Positions 52,645 to 62,825 are shown, numbered from the stretch's first letter. The stretch is 64,000 bases of DNA from Leptolyngbyaceae cyanobacterium (GCA_965263355.1 CBDHHL010000056.1:1344001-1408000), one strand, 5' to 3'. Numbers and translations are program-made. Notes: generated from the sequence alone by a model not told the origin.

Positions 52645-52678
52645 AAAATGGCCTGAAACTAAAGTTTCAGGCCATTTT
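52645..52678. repeat. Perfect 16-bp inverted repeat (terminator-like) upstream of the NRPS-like gene
   Basis: AAAATGGCCTGAAACT-AA-AGTTTCAGGCCATTTT followed by T-runs. Confidence 0.8.
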
Positions 52679-52831
52679 TTTGATTTTTTTGCTTCTCAGG
52701 ACAAGTGGCGATAAGAAAATGAGCTAGGATCGCATCAAGAAAATTTGATGCATAGCGAACCATGTCTGTATACCCTTGAAGCTGCTCATTTTGGTTTACC
52801 TAAGCCCCCTTATTCCTAATGGGTAAGGGCT

Positions 52832-55800
52832 ATGTCTCCCTACTTTATACTTTGTTGCTCAACCATGCTTAACCATACTTCGAACAACGTTGGTCAGCCG
52901 ACATCTATAAATCAACTAATCCCTTGCCCTGTTGATTTATCTTGCTTATTGCCTGAAGATCAAGAAAGATTAATTACTTGGAATTCTACTCAAATAGAGT
53001 ATCCTTTGCACCTGTGTATTCATCAACTGGTAGAGATTCAGGTGGAAAAAACACCACAACAGATTGCTGTCGTTTTTGAAACACAGGCCTTAACCTACTA
53101 TGACCTCAATGCGCGAGCTAATCGATTAGCCTATCACTTACGAACGTTAGGTGTAGGACCAGACATGCTGGTCGGTATCTGTCTTGAACGCTCTATCAAT
53201 ATGATTGTTGCCTTGCTTGCCATTCTTAAGGCAGGTGCTGGTTATTTACCCCTGGATATTTCCTATCCTATAGACCGTCTACAGTACATGGTAGAAAATG
53301 CCCAGGCTCCTATCTTGCTAACCCAATCCTCTCTTATGGGTTATTTGCCGACTGCAGGACGCAGGGTAATCTGTCTGGATCAAGAAAAAATAGACAAGCA
53401 TTATCCGGTTACAAATTTGGAAAACCTGGGTACGCCAGATACTTTAGGTTATGTGATTTATACCTCTGGATCTACAGGCAAACCGAAAGGGGTGGCTATG
53501 GGACAGCGAGCTTTGGCTAATCTGCTCCATTGGCAGAAACAGCAATCGGCTGCTTTAGAACCAGGTGCTCGTACCCTACAGTTTACGCCCATTAGTTTTG
53601 ATGTTTCATTTCAGGAGATTTTCTCTACCTTAATAGCAGGTGGGACTTTAGTGCTGATTCAAGATGACTGCAGGCGTGATCCAGTGACTCTGATTCGTTA
53701 TCTGAAAACAGAACAGATTCAGCGATTGTTTTTGCCATTTGTTGCCCTCAGTCAGCTGGCTGAGGTGGTTAAACGGGAGTCAGTCGTACCCGAGCATTTA
53801 AGACAGGTGATTACCGCCGGAGAACAATTGCGAATTACGCCTGACATTGTTCACTGGTTTCGTGCAATGCCTAAGTGTCGTTTACACAATCACTATGGTC
53901 CCTCCGAAAGCCATGTGGTCACTGCCTTTACCTTAAATGAAGCACCCGATAAATGGGCGTTGCTGCCCGCCATTGGTATGCCCATTTCCAATACACAGAT
54001 TTATCTGCTAAATGAGCATAGGCAAGCCGTACCGCTAGGGGAAATCGGAGAACTCTATATTGCCGGTGACTGTCTGGCGCGGGGCTATCTCCATCGCCCT
54101 GATATTACGGCAGAACGGTTTATTAAGCATGGAGACACCATTCTCTATAAAACAGGAGATTTAGCTCGCTATTTACCAGATGGCAATATTGAATACCTGG
54201 GGCGCAGCGATCAACAGCTTAAAATTCGTGGATTTCGTGTGGAACCGGGCGAAATTGAGACGTTACTGGAACAACATGCCAAGGTACAGAAGGCGGTGGT
54301 TCTAGCACGGGAAGCGACGGCTGGCCAGAAACGTTTAGCAGCTTATATTATGGCTGATGGGGTAAATGGGGATAGCGGTGCGTTTGGTCAGCAATTAAGT
54401 GATTTTGTCGCGGCTCAACTGCCAGATTATATGGTGCCATCGGCTTATGTCATTGTAGATGGGTTTCCACTGACGCCGAGTGGTAAGGTGGATCGTCGTA
54501 AATTGCCTTCTCCAGTGTGGTTGCGATCGCAAACCACACCCTACATCGCTCCTCGCACCCCCCTTGAAACAGAAATCAGCCACCTCTGGACTGAGCTACT
54601 CGATATTCAGGAGATTGGTATCCATGACCCATTTTGGGCTTTGGGGGGACATTCGCTAATGGCGGTGCAGTTGATGTATGGCATTAAAGAGCGATTTAAC
54701 GTGGAGCTAAGCCTAGCAAAATTATTGGGAGAGCCCACCATTGCCGCCTTAGCTGACTGGGTGCTTCAGATTCAAACCCAGGGTCAACTAGAGAATCAAG
54801 ACGATACCATTGCTGCCAAGGCAACCTTGGATGACACTATTCAAGTGCCACTGCTACCAGAAGAGCCGATTCCCAACTACTTTTTGACGGGAGCCACCGG
54901 ATTTTTAGGGGTTTACATGCTTCATGATTTACTCCAATACACCCGAGGAGATATCTATTGTTTGGTAAGGTCTACCAGCGTAACTGAAGGCTTTACTCGT
55001 CTAAAAAACAGTTTGAAACAATATCGCCTATGGCGTGATATTGACGCTGATCGGATTATTCCAGTGACAGGCGATCTAAGTTTGCCACGTCTGGGGATGC
55101 GTGCGTCTATTTTCGACCGGTTGGCGAAAAAGCTGGATGCCATTTATCACTGTGGGTCTTGGGTGAATGTACTTTATCCCTATTCCTCACTAGAGTCCGC
55201 GAATGTGGGTGGCACTCAAGAAGTTTTGCGTCTAGCCAGCCAGTCCCGAGTCAAGCCGGTCCACTATATTTCAACGGTGGATGTATTTGCTGTGGGTGAT
55301 GCCCTTCAACTCCGTACCATCGGTGAAAGCGGTGAAGGCAGCCAAATGGGACCAATCCGTTCCCTGTTTAGCGGCTATGCCAAGAGCAAATATGTTGCCG
55401 AAACCTTGATGCAGGAGGCCCAGGCTCGGGGTATACCTGTGATGATCTATCGCCCCAGTAATATTATGGGAGATACTACCAATGGTATCTGTTCACCCAA
55501 GAGTTTTGTGATCAAAATGATCCAGGGCTGTATTCAGCTAGGGGTGGCTCCTGATATCAATGCAGCTTTGAATCTTGTACCAGTAGATTATGTTAGTCGG
55601 GCAATTTTGCACCTATCTTTAACCCAATCTCCCCATGGTCAGGCATTTAATATAGTTAACCCTCAATCCTACCGCTGGTATGACCTGGTTGACTGGATGC
55701 GTGATCGACAAGGATACACCTTAACACGAGTCGCCTATGAAGCCTGGTGTTCTGAGGTCATTAATGGTGTTAGTCAGAACCAAGATCATCCGTTGTTCTT

Positions 55801-56017
55801 CTTAACAACATTTTTGACTAACTTGCCGTTTATCCAAAAGTCCCTGGGGGCATTTCACTTCCAATATGATCAATTGCAATCAGCTCTCAGAGACTCATCT
55901 ATTGGTTGTGCTCAGGTTGATACTAAGCTCTTGCAGCTTTACTTCGATGCCTTGGTAGAGCAGAATCTAATGCCTAATATTCCTGCTGTTATGGAGTATT
56001 TACCGATGGCGGCATAG
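52832..56017 (+). CDS. Stand-alone NRPS-like A-T-R enzyme (adenylation, PCP, thioester reductase)
   Basis: YVIYTSGSTGKPKG, FDVS, NHYGPSE, YKTGDL, KIRGFRVE, PLTPSGKVDR; PCP LGGHSL; R domain FLTGATGFLG and YAKSK. Confidence 0.95.
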   Translation: MSPYFILCCSTMLNHTSNNVGQPTSINQLIPCPVDLSCLLPEDQERLITWNSTQIEYPLHLCIHQLVEIQVEKTPQQIAVVFETQALTYYDLNARANRLAYHLRTLGVGPDMLVGICLERSINMIVALLAILKAGAGYLPLDISYPIDRLQYMVENAQAPILLTQSSLMGYLPTAGRRVICLDQEKIDKHYPVTNLENLGTPDTLGYVIYTSGSTGKPKGVAMGQRALANLLHWQKQQSAALEPGARTLQFTPISFDVSFQEIFSTLIAGGTLVLIQDDCRRDPVTLIRYLKTEQIQRLFLPFVALSQLAEVVKRESVVPEHLRQVITAGEQLRITPDIVHWFRAMPKCRLHNHYGPSESHVVTAFTLNEAPDKWALLPAIGMPISNTQIYLLNEHRQAVPLGEIGELYIAGDCLARGYLHRPDITAERFIKHGDTILYKTGDLARYLPDGNIEYLGRSDQQLKIRGFRVEPGEIETLLEQHAKVQKAVVLAREATAGQKRLAAYIMADGVNGDSGAFGQQLSDFVAAQLPDYMVPSAYVIVDGFPLTPSGKVDRRKLPSPVWLRSQTTPYIAPRTPLETEISHLWTELLDIQEIGIHDPFWALGGHSLMAVQLMYGIKERFNVELSLAKLLGEPTIAALADWVLQIQTQGQLENQDDTIAAKATLDDTIQVPLLPEEPIPNYFLTGATGFLGVYMLHDLLQYTRGDIYCLVRSTSVTEGFTRLKNSLKQYRLWRDIDADRIIPVTGDLSLPRLGMRASIFDRLAKKLDAIYHCGSWVNVLYPYSSLESANVGGTQEVLRLASQSRVKPVHYISTVDVFAVGDALQLRTIGESGEGSQMGPIRSLFSGYAKSKYVAETLMQEAQARGIPVMIYRPSNIMGDTTNGICSPKSFVIKMIQGCIQLGVAPDINAALNLVPVDYVSRAILHLSLTQSPHGQAFNIVNPQSYRWYDLVDWMRDRQGYTLTRVAYEAWCSEVINGVSQNQDHPLFFLTTFLTNLPFIQKSLGAFHFQYDQLQSALRDSSIGCAQVDTKLLQLYFDALVEQNLMPNIPAVMEYLPMAA

Positions 56018-56025
56018 TAGTTACT

Positions 56026-56283
56026 GGGAGTATCAATTTGAAGCGAGGGGCTTTTGAAGCGAGGGGCTTTTGAAGCGAGGGGCTTTTGAAGCGAGGGGCT
56101 TTTGAAGCGAGGGGCTTTTAAAGCGAGGGGCTTTTAAAGCGAGGGGCTTTTGAAGCGAGGGGCTTTTCCAAGGATAGAATTTAGAATTCAGGTGCTAGGA
56201 TGAGGAGCCAAAAGTCTCCTGAATTCAAACCTCTGGATTCTAGATTCTGATCTAACCAGTACTTCTCGACTTAAGTGGCTCCC
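56026..56283. mobile_element. Diverged copy of the 41551 MITE, containing a tandem expansion
   Basis: With the array collapsed to one unit, the left 53 nt align ungapped to 41551-41603 (39 identities by hand count); the right end shares CTGGATTCTAGATTC...CTT(A/G)AGTGG. Confidence 0.75.
56040..56167. repeat. 16-bp tandem repeat, 8 copies
   Basis: (G/A)AAGCGAGGGGCTTTT head-to-tail; units 6 and 7 begin with A; no spacers. Confidence 0.97.
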
Positions 56284-56317
56284 AATCCTTGGCCTGAGCT
56301 AGTCAAACAGGTAAACG

Positions 56318-56587
56318 TTAAATAGCTTGTTTACTGAGTAGTTCATTAGCCATGTAATGCAATATACCGAGTATTTTACCGACGTTATCGACAAAATACT
56401 CCATCGAATAATCGTCCCCTGATGTTCTCTGAGTTCCATAAAGCACTTCTGTCAGAATATGACTCACCTCAATAGGAATGATGGACGAATATAAATTAGC
56501 CTCAACAATAGTGAGATTGCTTATGCTTTTTTCAAAGCTGAAATCACTTATGCCATAGTATGGAAGTCCCATTGGCAAGGTTATCAA
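56318..56587 (-). CDS. Hypothetical ORF or gene fragment
   Basis: 89-aa AT-rich ORF downstream of ung, TTG start, no motif recognised. Confidence 0.3.
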   Translation of the reverse strand: MITLPMGLPYYGISDFSFEKSISNLTIVEANLYSSIIPIEVSHILTEVLYGTQRTSGDDYSMEYFVDNVGKILGILHYMANELLSKQAI

Positions 56588-56628
56588 TATTATTTTAGTG
56601 TTACTTTGGGCTATTCAGATTGAAACAA

Positions 56629-57330
56629 CTATAGTGACCAGGAAATTGGTTCAATGCCGTTTTTTTGCAAATATGCATTGGCTTTTGAAAAATGCCGGTT
56701 GCCAAAGAAGCCACGGTGCGCAGATAGCGGTGAAGGGTGGGGCGAAGTAAGCACTAAATGCCGTTCACGATCAATGAATTTTCCTTTTTGTTGTGCATAA
56801 CTGCCCCATAGCAGGAAAACTAAATGCTTTCGTTGCTGGTTTAGGTTGCTGATAATGGTATCTGTAAATTGCTCCCAGCCTTTTCCCTTATGCGAGGCGG
56901 CTTTATGTTGCTCTACCGTTAGTACACTATTGAGCAATAACACCCCTTGCGCTGCCCAGCCTTGCAGACAACCATGTTTGGGTAGTTTAATCCCCAGGTC
57001 TTGTTCAATTTCTTTGAAAATATTGACCAGGGAAGGCGGTGGGGTAACGCCCTCCGGGACAGAAAAGCACAGGCCATGAGCCTGACCTGGGCCATGATAG
57101 GGGTCTTGTCCGAGAATTACAACTTTGACCTGGTCAAATGGTGTGCTGTTCATGGCATTAAAAATTAGTGAGCCCCGTGGGTAAATAATTTTGCCAGCGG
57201 CCTTTTCTGCTACTAAAAACTGTTTTAATGCCTGCATGTAAGGAGTGGTAAACACATCTTCTAGAACCGCTTTCCAGGTGGGCTCAAGTTTAATCGTGCT
57301 GGTGGAAGAAGGGGTTGCGTCTGTTGTCAT
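56629..57330 (-). CDS. ung: Family-1 uracil-DNA glycosylase
   Basis: [47 protein letters not shown]; likely start ATG 57330. Confidence 0.96.
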   Translation of the reverse strand: MTTDATPSSTSTIKLEPTWKAVLEDVFTTPYMQALKQFLVAEKAAGKIIYPRGSLIFNAMNSTPFDQVKVVILGQDPYHGPGQAHGLCFSVPEGVTPPPSLVNIFKEIEQDLGIKLPKHGCLQGWAAQGVLLLNSVLTVEQHKAASHKGKGWEQFTDTIISNLNQQRKHLVFLLWGSYAQQKGKFIDRERHLVLTSPHPSPLSAHRGFFGNRHFSKANAYLQKNGIEPISWSL

Positions 57331-57488
57331 AGGGGCACCTTGTTTAAGGTAAAAGTCTCTTCCAATGCATATATGGCCATTATTTAAATGAATATGCACG
57401 AAAAAGATAGGCTTATTTTGAAAACAACCATCTATCAATATTTATATGATACCGCCAAAGTATGCTGTCGCAAGTAAAAAAGAGTCTC

Positions 57489-58046
57489 TTAGCCAATAAA
57501 AACAGGTTTAGCGATAAATTGATGCGCATACATAATGGCAATGAAACCCAGCATCGGTAGACAGACCGTTAAATACTTGCCTGCGCAAGCCCAGCTTACA
57601 CCCCTTCTAGCCATCAATGCTCGAAAAGAGAAATATGAAAAAAATGAGATTGCAATGCCAAAACCACCAACGTAGGGTGGAAATAAATGATGTCTGATAA
57701 CACAATTACAAAAATGCCGATCGTGGAAGGTCCATTCTATCCATAGACCGTTTGACTCCTGTAAGGTTTTGACGAACAATAGACCCGCCAAAAATAGACT
57801 GGTTACGTTAAGGGCTATCAAAACAGACCTTTCTTTGAGGAAGTTGTTTTTTAATAGAAAAGGCAAGGCCACTATCAAAACTACATAAATCCCTGGTGAT
57901 AGTACATACAGATCAAATACAGACCTAAACCCAAATCCATCATCTAGGGCACTCAACTGACCGGCTATATAAATACTGTAAGTGAGGCCAACAAAAAATA
58001 TCCCCCCCGCGATGATGTGAACGAACCTGTATGTCCAAGCTTTCAT
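57489..58046 (-). CDS. Hypothetical membrane protein
   Basis: 185-aa ORF with about five hydrophobic segments. Confidence 0.6.
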   Translation of the reverse strand: MKAWTYRFVHIIAGGIFFVGLTYSIYIAGQLSALDDGFGFRSVFDLYVLSPGIYVVLIVALPFLLKNNFLKERSVLIALNVTSLFLAGLLFVKTLQESNGLWIEWTFHDRHFCNCVIRHHLFPPYVGGFGIAISFFSYFSFRALMARRGVSWACAGKYLTVCLPMLGFIAIMYAHQFIAKPVFIG

Positions 58047-58127
58047 ACATTTCCCGTTTTTCGTTATACGCTGCTGATTCTAACTAGCTGCCATACAATA
58101 AAGGCGTCTGTCAATTGAGCTTGAGTT

Positions 58128-58796
58128 ATGCCAGAGCAAACCCGTCAATCCTGGGATTTCGGTCGCTTTTTCGACACACTCAACTATTTTGACGCCATCC
58201 CTATCGTTAGTTCACTGCAAAAAATGTTTTTTGGTTCACCACCGCCACCGCCACCGCAGCTCCAGGCGAATATCATCTTCGACTTTCGGCAGCCCACGGA
58301 GCAAATGCGTCAACTCTGGGGTGCCCTTGATGATGTAGTCATGGGTGGCGTTAGCCAAAGTGGAGCCCAGCTACAGTCAGAAGGATTAGCTTTTAATGGC
58401 TATGTGTCTACAGCAAATTCCGGTGGCTTTGCTTCCGTCCGCACCCGTAACTTTGAGCCCCCCCTAGACTTGAGTACTTACAGTGGCATTGAGCTACGGG
58501 TAAAAGGTGACGGCCAACGTTACAAATTCTTTTTACGTGATGGCGCAGGCTGGGATACCGTCGCCTATGCCTATTCCTTTGATACCGCGAACGGTGGTTG
58601 GGTAACCATTCGCATTCCCTTTGCTGATATGAAAGCCGTACAGCGAGCGCGTATAGTGCAACGAGGCCCACTCAACGCGGGGCGAATCTACTCGCTGCAA
58701 ATCATGCTGAGCAAGTTTGAATATGACCGTCAGCTGAACCCTCACTTTACGGCAGGTCCATTTCAGCTGTTAGTGGAGTCTGTTGGAGTTTATTAG
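58128..58796 (+). CDS. CIA30/NDUFAF1-family protein
   Basis: WGALDDVVMGGVSQS, NSGGFASVRT, RVKGDGQRYK, MLSKFEYD. Confidence 0.92.
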   Translation: MPEQTRQSWDFGRFFDTLNYFDAIPIVSSLQKMFFGSPPPPPPQLQANIIFDFRQPTEQMRQLWGALDDVVMGGVSQSGAQLQSEGLAFNGYVSTANSGGFASVRTRNFEPPLDLSTYSGIELRVKGDGQRYKFFLRDGAGWDTVAYAYSFDTANGGWVTIRIPFADMKAVQRARIVQRGPLNAGRIYSLQIMLSKFEYDRQLNPHFTAGPFQLLVESVGVY

Positions 58797-58841
58797 CTAG
58801 GCTTTAATTTTCACTCTGCCCTCGGTTACAGGTGTATTCAA

Positions 58842-59747
58842 CTACTCCTCCAAAGGCTTTGTAGCATTCCCTTTCTGGGCGTAAAGAATACCGACAATCA
58901 ATAACAGGCCTCCAACTGTGCTGGACCAGCCTAGGGGTTCCTTAAAGGCAAAGATACCTAGCAACGTAGCTGTCAAAGGCTCGATTAAAACTGCAATACC
59001 AGCCACAGTGGCAGACGTGTAACGGATGCCTAACATGTAAATGCCGTAGGCAAAGCCGCTGGTGATAATGCCGAGATAGAGTAGATAGGGTAAGGCCTTT
59101 AGCCAGATATCTAAGGCAGGCTGTAACACTAGGGTGGGGGTGAGAGCTAACGCCGCTGCCGTGAAGCTATAGGTCGAGATCGCAATCCCATCCATCCGCC
59201 TGACCAGTGCCTTCGCTAAAATGGCATACCCTGCATAGGAGAAGGCAGCACCAAAAGCCAAGACCACACCCAAGAGAAACCGACTGCCATTAACCTGTAA
59301 TGCGTCCGGTTGGGCAACTAATAACACAGTGCCGGTCACGCCCAGCGCTAGGGCAATACCCAGACTACGAGTGAGTTTCTCCCCAAGAAACGCAATGGCC
59401 AGCAAGGCAATAATCAACGGCGACGAACAAATGGCGACCATTGCCGTCATCGCCACTCCGACATAGGGTACAGCGGCAAAGTAAAACACCTGATAGCCTG
59501 CCATACATAGCCCCATGGCCAGCATCGGTAAACGATATGCCTGGGGGGGCCAATAGGGGACGTTATTATCCTGACTGTGTTTGCGGGTGTTATAGCTGTG
59601 CCATAGCCAGAAGATGGGCAGTGCAAAGATCATGCGCCACAGGCCCACAATTAATGGAGAAACAGTTACTTTTTGAGAGATCAGCACTGAGGTAGTGCCT
59701 GTAGTGCCCCAAGCAACAGCGGCTAGGCATATAAGAAGTAGACCCAT
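58842..59747 (-). CDS. EamA/DMT-family transporter
   Basis: About 10 TM helices, WGTTG, FLGEKL, LIEPLTATLLG. Confidence 0.9.
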   Translation of the reverse strand: MGLLLICLAAVAWGTTGTTSVLISQKVTVSPLIVGLWRMIFALPIFWLWHSYNTRKHSQDNNVPYWPPQAYRLPMLAMGLCMAGYQVFYFAAVPYVGVAMTAMVAICSSPLIIALLAIAFLGEKLTRSLGIALALGVTGTVLLVAQPDALQVNGSRFLLGVVLAFGAAFSYAGYAILAKALVRRMDGIAISTYSFTAAALALTPTLVLQPALDIWLKALPYLLYLGIITSGFAYGIYMLGIRYTSATVAGIAVLIEPLTATLLGIFAFKEPLGWSSTVGGLLLIVGILYAQKGNATKPLEE

Positions 59748-59760
59748 AATAGGATGGTGA

Positions 59761-61668
59761 TTACTTATAGCTGCGTTGCGTCAGTTCAACATTATCAAAG
59801 ACCAAAGACTCCTTATGTAACTCAGGGGGCTGTTCATCGCCGCTGTAGGCCCAGGCTGCCACATAGGCATAGTCGTCATCATTACGTTTGGCTTCACCAT
59901 CGCTGGTCTGATATTCCTCACGGAAATGACAACCACAGGATTCTTCTCGGTTGAGGGCGTCGCGGGCCATCAGTTCCCCTAGTTCCAGAAAATCGGCCAG
60001 ACGACCAGCATATTCCAGGTTTTTATTGAGAGTATTTGCTGCCTCAGGTACCCGCAGGTTTTGCCAAAATTCTGCTCGGAGTGATTGGATTTGGTCGATA
60101 ACAGATTGGAGGCTGTTGCGATCGCGACTCATGCCCACATGATCCCACACCAGCTGCCCCAGCTCTCGATGAAACTGCATCACAGTTTTCTCACCCTGAA
60201 TGCTCAAGAGCTTGTGAATTTTGGCTTTTACTGAGGCCTCAGCTTCAGTAAAGGCATCATCATCGATATCTATGGGTGGCAGTGGATTACGGGCCAAGTA
60301 ATCGCCCAGGGTATAGGGAATCACAAAATAGCCATCCGCCAGTCCCTGCATTAAGGCACTGGCTCCTAAGCGATTGGCTCCGTGGTCTGAAAAGTTGGCT
60401 TCACCCAGGACAAACAGACCGGGAACTGTGCTCATCAGGTGATAGTCCACCCAGAGACCACCCATGGTGTAGTGGACCGCCGGGTAAATCCGCATGGGTT
60501 GTTCATAGGGGTTTTCGTCAGTAATGCGTTGGTACATCTGGAAAAGATTGCCGTAGCGAGTTGCGATCGCATCCTTGCCATCTTGATCAATCGCATCCCG
60601 AAAGTCCAGGTATACCGCTAGCCCCGTGGCTCCCACACCCCGGCCTTCATCGGTCATTTGCTTAGCATTGCGAGAGGCGACATCCCGAGGCACCAGGTTG
60701 CCAAAGCTAGGGTAGCGTTTTTCCAGATAATAATCTCTCTCTTCGTCAGGAATTTCATTAGGTGGACGATTATCGCCTGGTTTTATCGGCACCCAAACGC
60801 GACCATCATTGCGCAGACTCTCACTCATCAACGTGAGTTTTGATTGATAATCTCCTGACACCGGAATGCAGGTGGGATGAATCTGGGTATAACAAGGGTT
60901 CGCAAAGTAAGCCCCTCGCTTATAACAGCGCCATGCTGCCGTCACATTAGAATTACGGCCATTGGTAGACAGATAAAACACATTGCCATAGCCACCCGTA
61001 CATAGGAGAACCGCATCTCCCTGATGCCGCTCTAATTCACCGGTAATTAAGTTACGGGTAATAATTCCTCGGGCGTGGCCATCGATAACCACCAGATCCA
61101 ACATTTCTCGCCGGGTGAAAATCTCAATCTGGTCGGCCATTTTCATCATGGCACTGTAAGCCCCTAACAGAAGTTGCTGCCCCGTTTGTCCTCGAGCATA
61201 GAATGTGCGTGATACTTGGGCACCACCAAAGGAGCGATTTGCTAACAAGCCACCATATTCCCTGGCAAAGGGGACTCCCTGGGCAACACAGTGATCAATA
61301 ATATGATTGCTAATCTGGGCAAGACGATATACATTTGCCTCGCGAGAACGATAGTCACCGCCCTTAATGGTGTCGTAAAACAAACGCCAGATACTATCCC
61401 CATCATTAGGATAGTTTTTGGTGGCATTAATCCCCCCCTGAGCAGCAATACTGTGGGCCCGTCGAGGAGAATCCTGAATACAAAAACTTTTAACCTGGTA
61501 ACCCAATTCTGCCAGGGTCGCTGCCGCTGAGGCTCCGGCCAGACCAATGCCAACGATGATAATACTGTGCTGCCGTTTGTTATTAGGATTAACAAGTTTA
61601 CAGTGGTCTTTAAAAGTGTTCCACTTATTCTTTAAATCGCCGTGGGGGATGCGTGGGTCTAAGGACAT
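59761..61668 (-). CDS. sdhA: Succinate dehydrogenase/fumarate reductase flavoprotein subunit
   Basis: [48 protein letters not shown]. Confidence 0.95.
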   Translation of the reverse strand: MSLDPRIPHGDLKNKWNTFKDHCKLVNPNNKRQHSIIIVGIGLAGASAAATLAELGYQVKSFCIQDSPRRAHSIAAQGGINATKNYPNDGDSIWRLFYDTIKGGDYRSREANVYRLAQISNHIIDHCVAQGVPFAREYGGLLANRSFGGAQVSRTFYARGQTGQQLLLGAYSAMMKMADQIEIFTRREMLDLVVIDGHARGIITRNLITGELERHQGDAVLLCTGGYGNVFYLSTNGRNSNVTAAWRCYKRGAYFANPCYTQIHPTCIPVSGDYQSKLTLMSESLRNDGRVWVPIKPGDNRPPNEIPDEERDYYLEKRYPSFGNLVPRDVASRNAKQMTDEGRGVGATGLAVYLDFRDAIDQDGKDAIATRYGNLFQMYQRITDENPYEQPMRIYPAVHYTMGGLWVDYHLMSTVPGLFVLGEANFSDHGANRLGASALMQGLADGYFVIPYTLGDYLARNPLPPIDIDDDAFTEAEASVKAKIHKLLSIQGEKTVMQFHRELGQLVWDHVGMSRDRNSLQSVIDQIQSLRAEFWQNLRVPEAANTLNKNLEYAGRLADFLELGELMARDALNREESCGCHFREEYQTSDGEAKRNDDDYAYVAAWAYSGDEQPPELHKESLVFDNVELTQRSYK

Positions 61669-61703
61669 GGGTGTAATGGCAAGGATTTTGAAACTCTAGC
61701 AAG

Positions 61704-61731
61704 TCAAAATTTAAAACTTAAAATTCAAAAC
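61704..61731. repeat. STRR-like heptamer tandem repeat, 4 copies
   Basis: TCAAAAT TTAAAAC TTAAAAT TCAAAAC between sdhC and sdhA. Confidence 0.6.
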
Positions 61732-61733
61732 TT

Positions 61734-62432
61734 TCAGGTGATGAGACCAAAATAAATACTTAAGGGCAGTACAACAAATCCCAGGGCGATGCCAATGGCT
61801 AAGATCGAACTCAGGGTATATGCGGCAGGTCTCAGGCTGGCATTCAGGGCTCCTAAGGATTGGCATGCGCTCCAGATGCCATGACGTAAATGACTGGCTA
61901 ACAGTACTATCACGCCGGTATAACTAACGGTGTAGAGCGGTTGTTGAAATTTTTCGATGACCAGTCGAGCTAAATCTCGGATATCCGAGCCTGGTACGAT
62001 ATAGCGAATGCCAAATTTGAACGTAAGCAAGTGCCAGACTAAAAAGCCACCCAGGACCAGACCGGTGACGATCATGGTACGAGAGCTGAGAGTTTGGTAG
62101 CTAGAGCCCCCCACTGAAGTATAGGTGACATAGCTTTGGGGCCTTGCTTGCAACCGCCTAAGAAAAATTTGTACCCCCATGAGGATGTGAAAAATAATAA
62201 AGCCTAGTAACCCGATCTCAATTAACCATACCAACGGCCCCAATTGCTCTATATAGTGACCATATTGGTTATAGCCATCGGCACTGATAAGCAAAATCAG
62301 ATTGCCTATCATATGGATGATGACAAAGGTAACTAAGGCTAAGCCACTGATACCAGTGATTAACTTTTTGCCAACAGATGACTGGTAGAGGGTGAGCAGG
62401 CGATTTGACCCAGCTGAGGGCATAGACGTCAT
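61734..62432 (-). CDS. sdhC: Succinate dehydrogenase cytochrome b subunit
   Basis: SSVGKKLITGISG, HMIGNL, SRTMIVTG, HLRHG; five TM helices with heme-ligand His. Confidence 0.92.
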   Translation of the reverse strand: MTSMPSAGSNRLLTLYQSSVGKKLITGISGLALVTFVIIHMIGNLILLISADGYNQYGHYIEQLGPLVWLIEIGLLGFIIFHILMGVQIFLRRLQARPQSYVTYTSVGGSSYQTLSSRTMIVTGLVLGGFLVWHLLTFKFGIRYIVPGSDIRDLARLVIEKFQQPLYTVSYTGVIVLLASHLRHGIWSACQSLGALNASLRPAAYTLSSILAIGIALGFVVLPLSIYFGLIT

Positions 62433-62699
62433 AATTCCTAACGCTACAGTTAATTCTATTCTGTCTGGTTCAGGGAAGTTTTTGGGAAATTGCAGAAAAA
62501 TTATAGAGGGTCATTAGGGAAACTAAGTCAAAGGGCAATTAACTCAAAGCGATAGGTTCTCTCAAGCTCGACTTTATCCACCAGGCCGCATAGAAAAGTA
62601 AGTCAGACCAGAAGAAATTATCCACAGATGACGTGTATACCTAAAATCTAGCGACCCTAATAACTATGGTTTTATCCAATAGTGCAAGGATGACAGCCT

Positions 62700-62750
62700 A
62701 TGCCTTCTCCATTTCCAGGAATGGATCCCTACACTGAACAATCAGTGTGA
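62700..62750 (+). pseudogene. 5' relic of a DUF4058-family gene
   Basis: AAGGA upstream; MPSPFPGMDPYTEQSV* matches the MPSPFPGM(D/N)PYLE family start, then stops. Confidence 0.6.
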
Positions 62751-62825
62751 AACTTATCGACCTACTTGAGTAAAGGCTCAGCAACAGAATCTTGATCCTA
62801 AAGATCTCATCTGTATCGTAAAAGA

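Noticed and set aside
56040..56167. Possible CRISPR array
   Set aside because: Units are 16 bp, head-to-tail, with no unique spacers, and there are no cas genes in the window
62528..62600. AAAGGGCAA start resembling a c-di-GMP-I riboswitch
   Set aside because: No GNRA loop or GACGCAAAGC element, and no convincing stems
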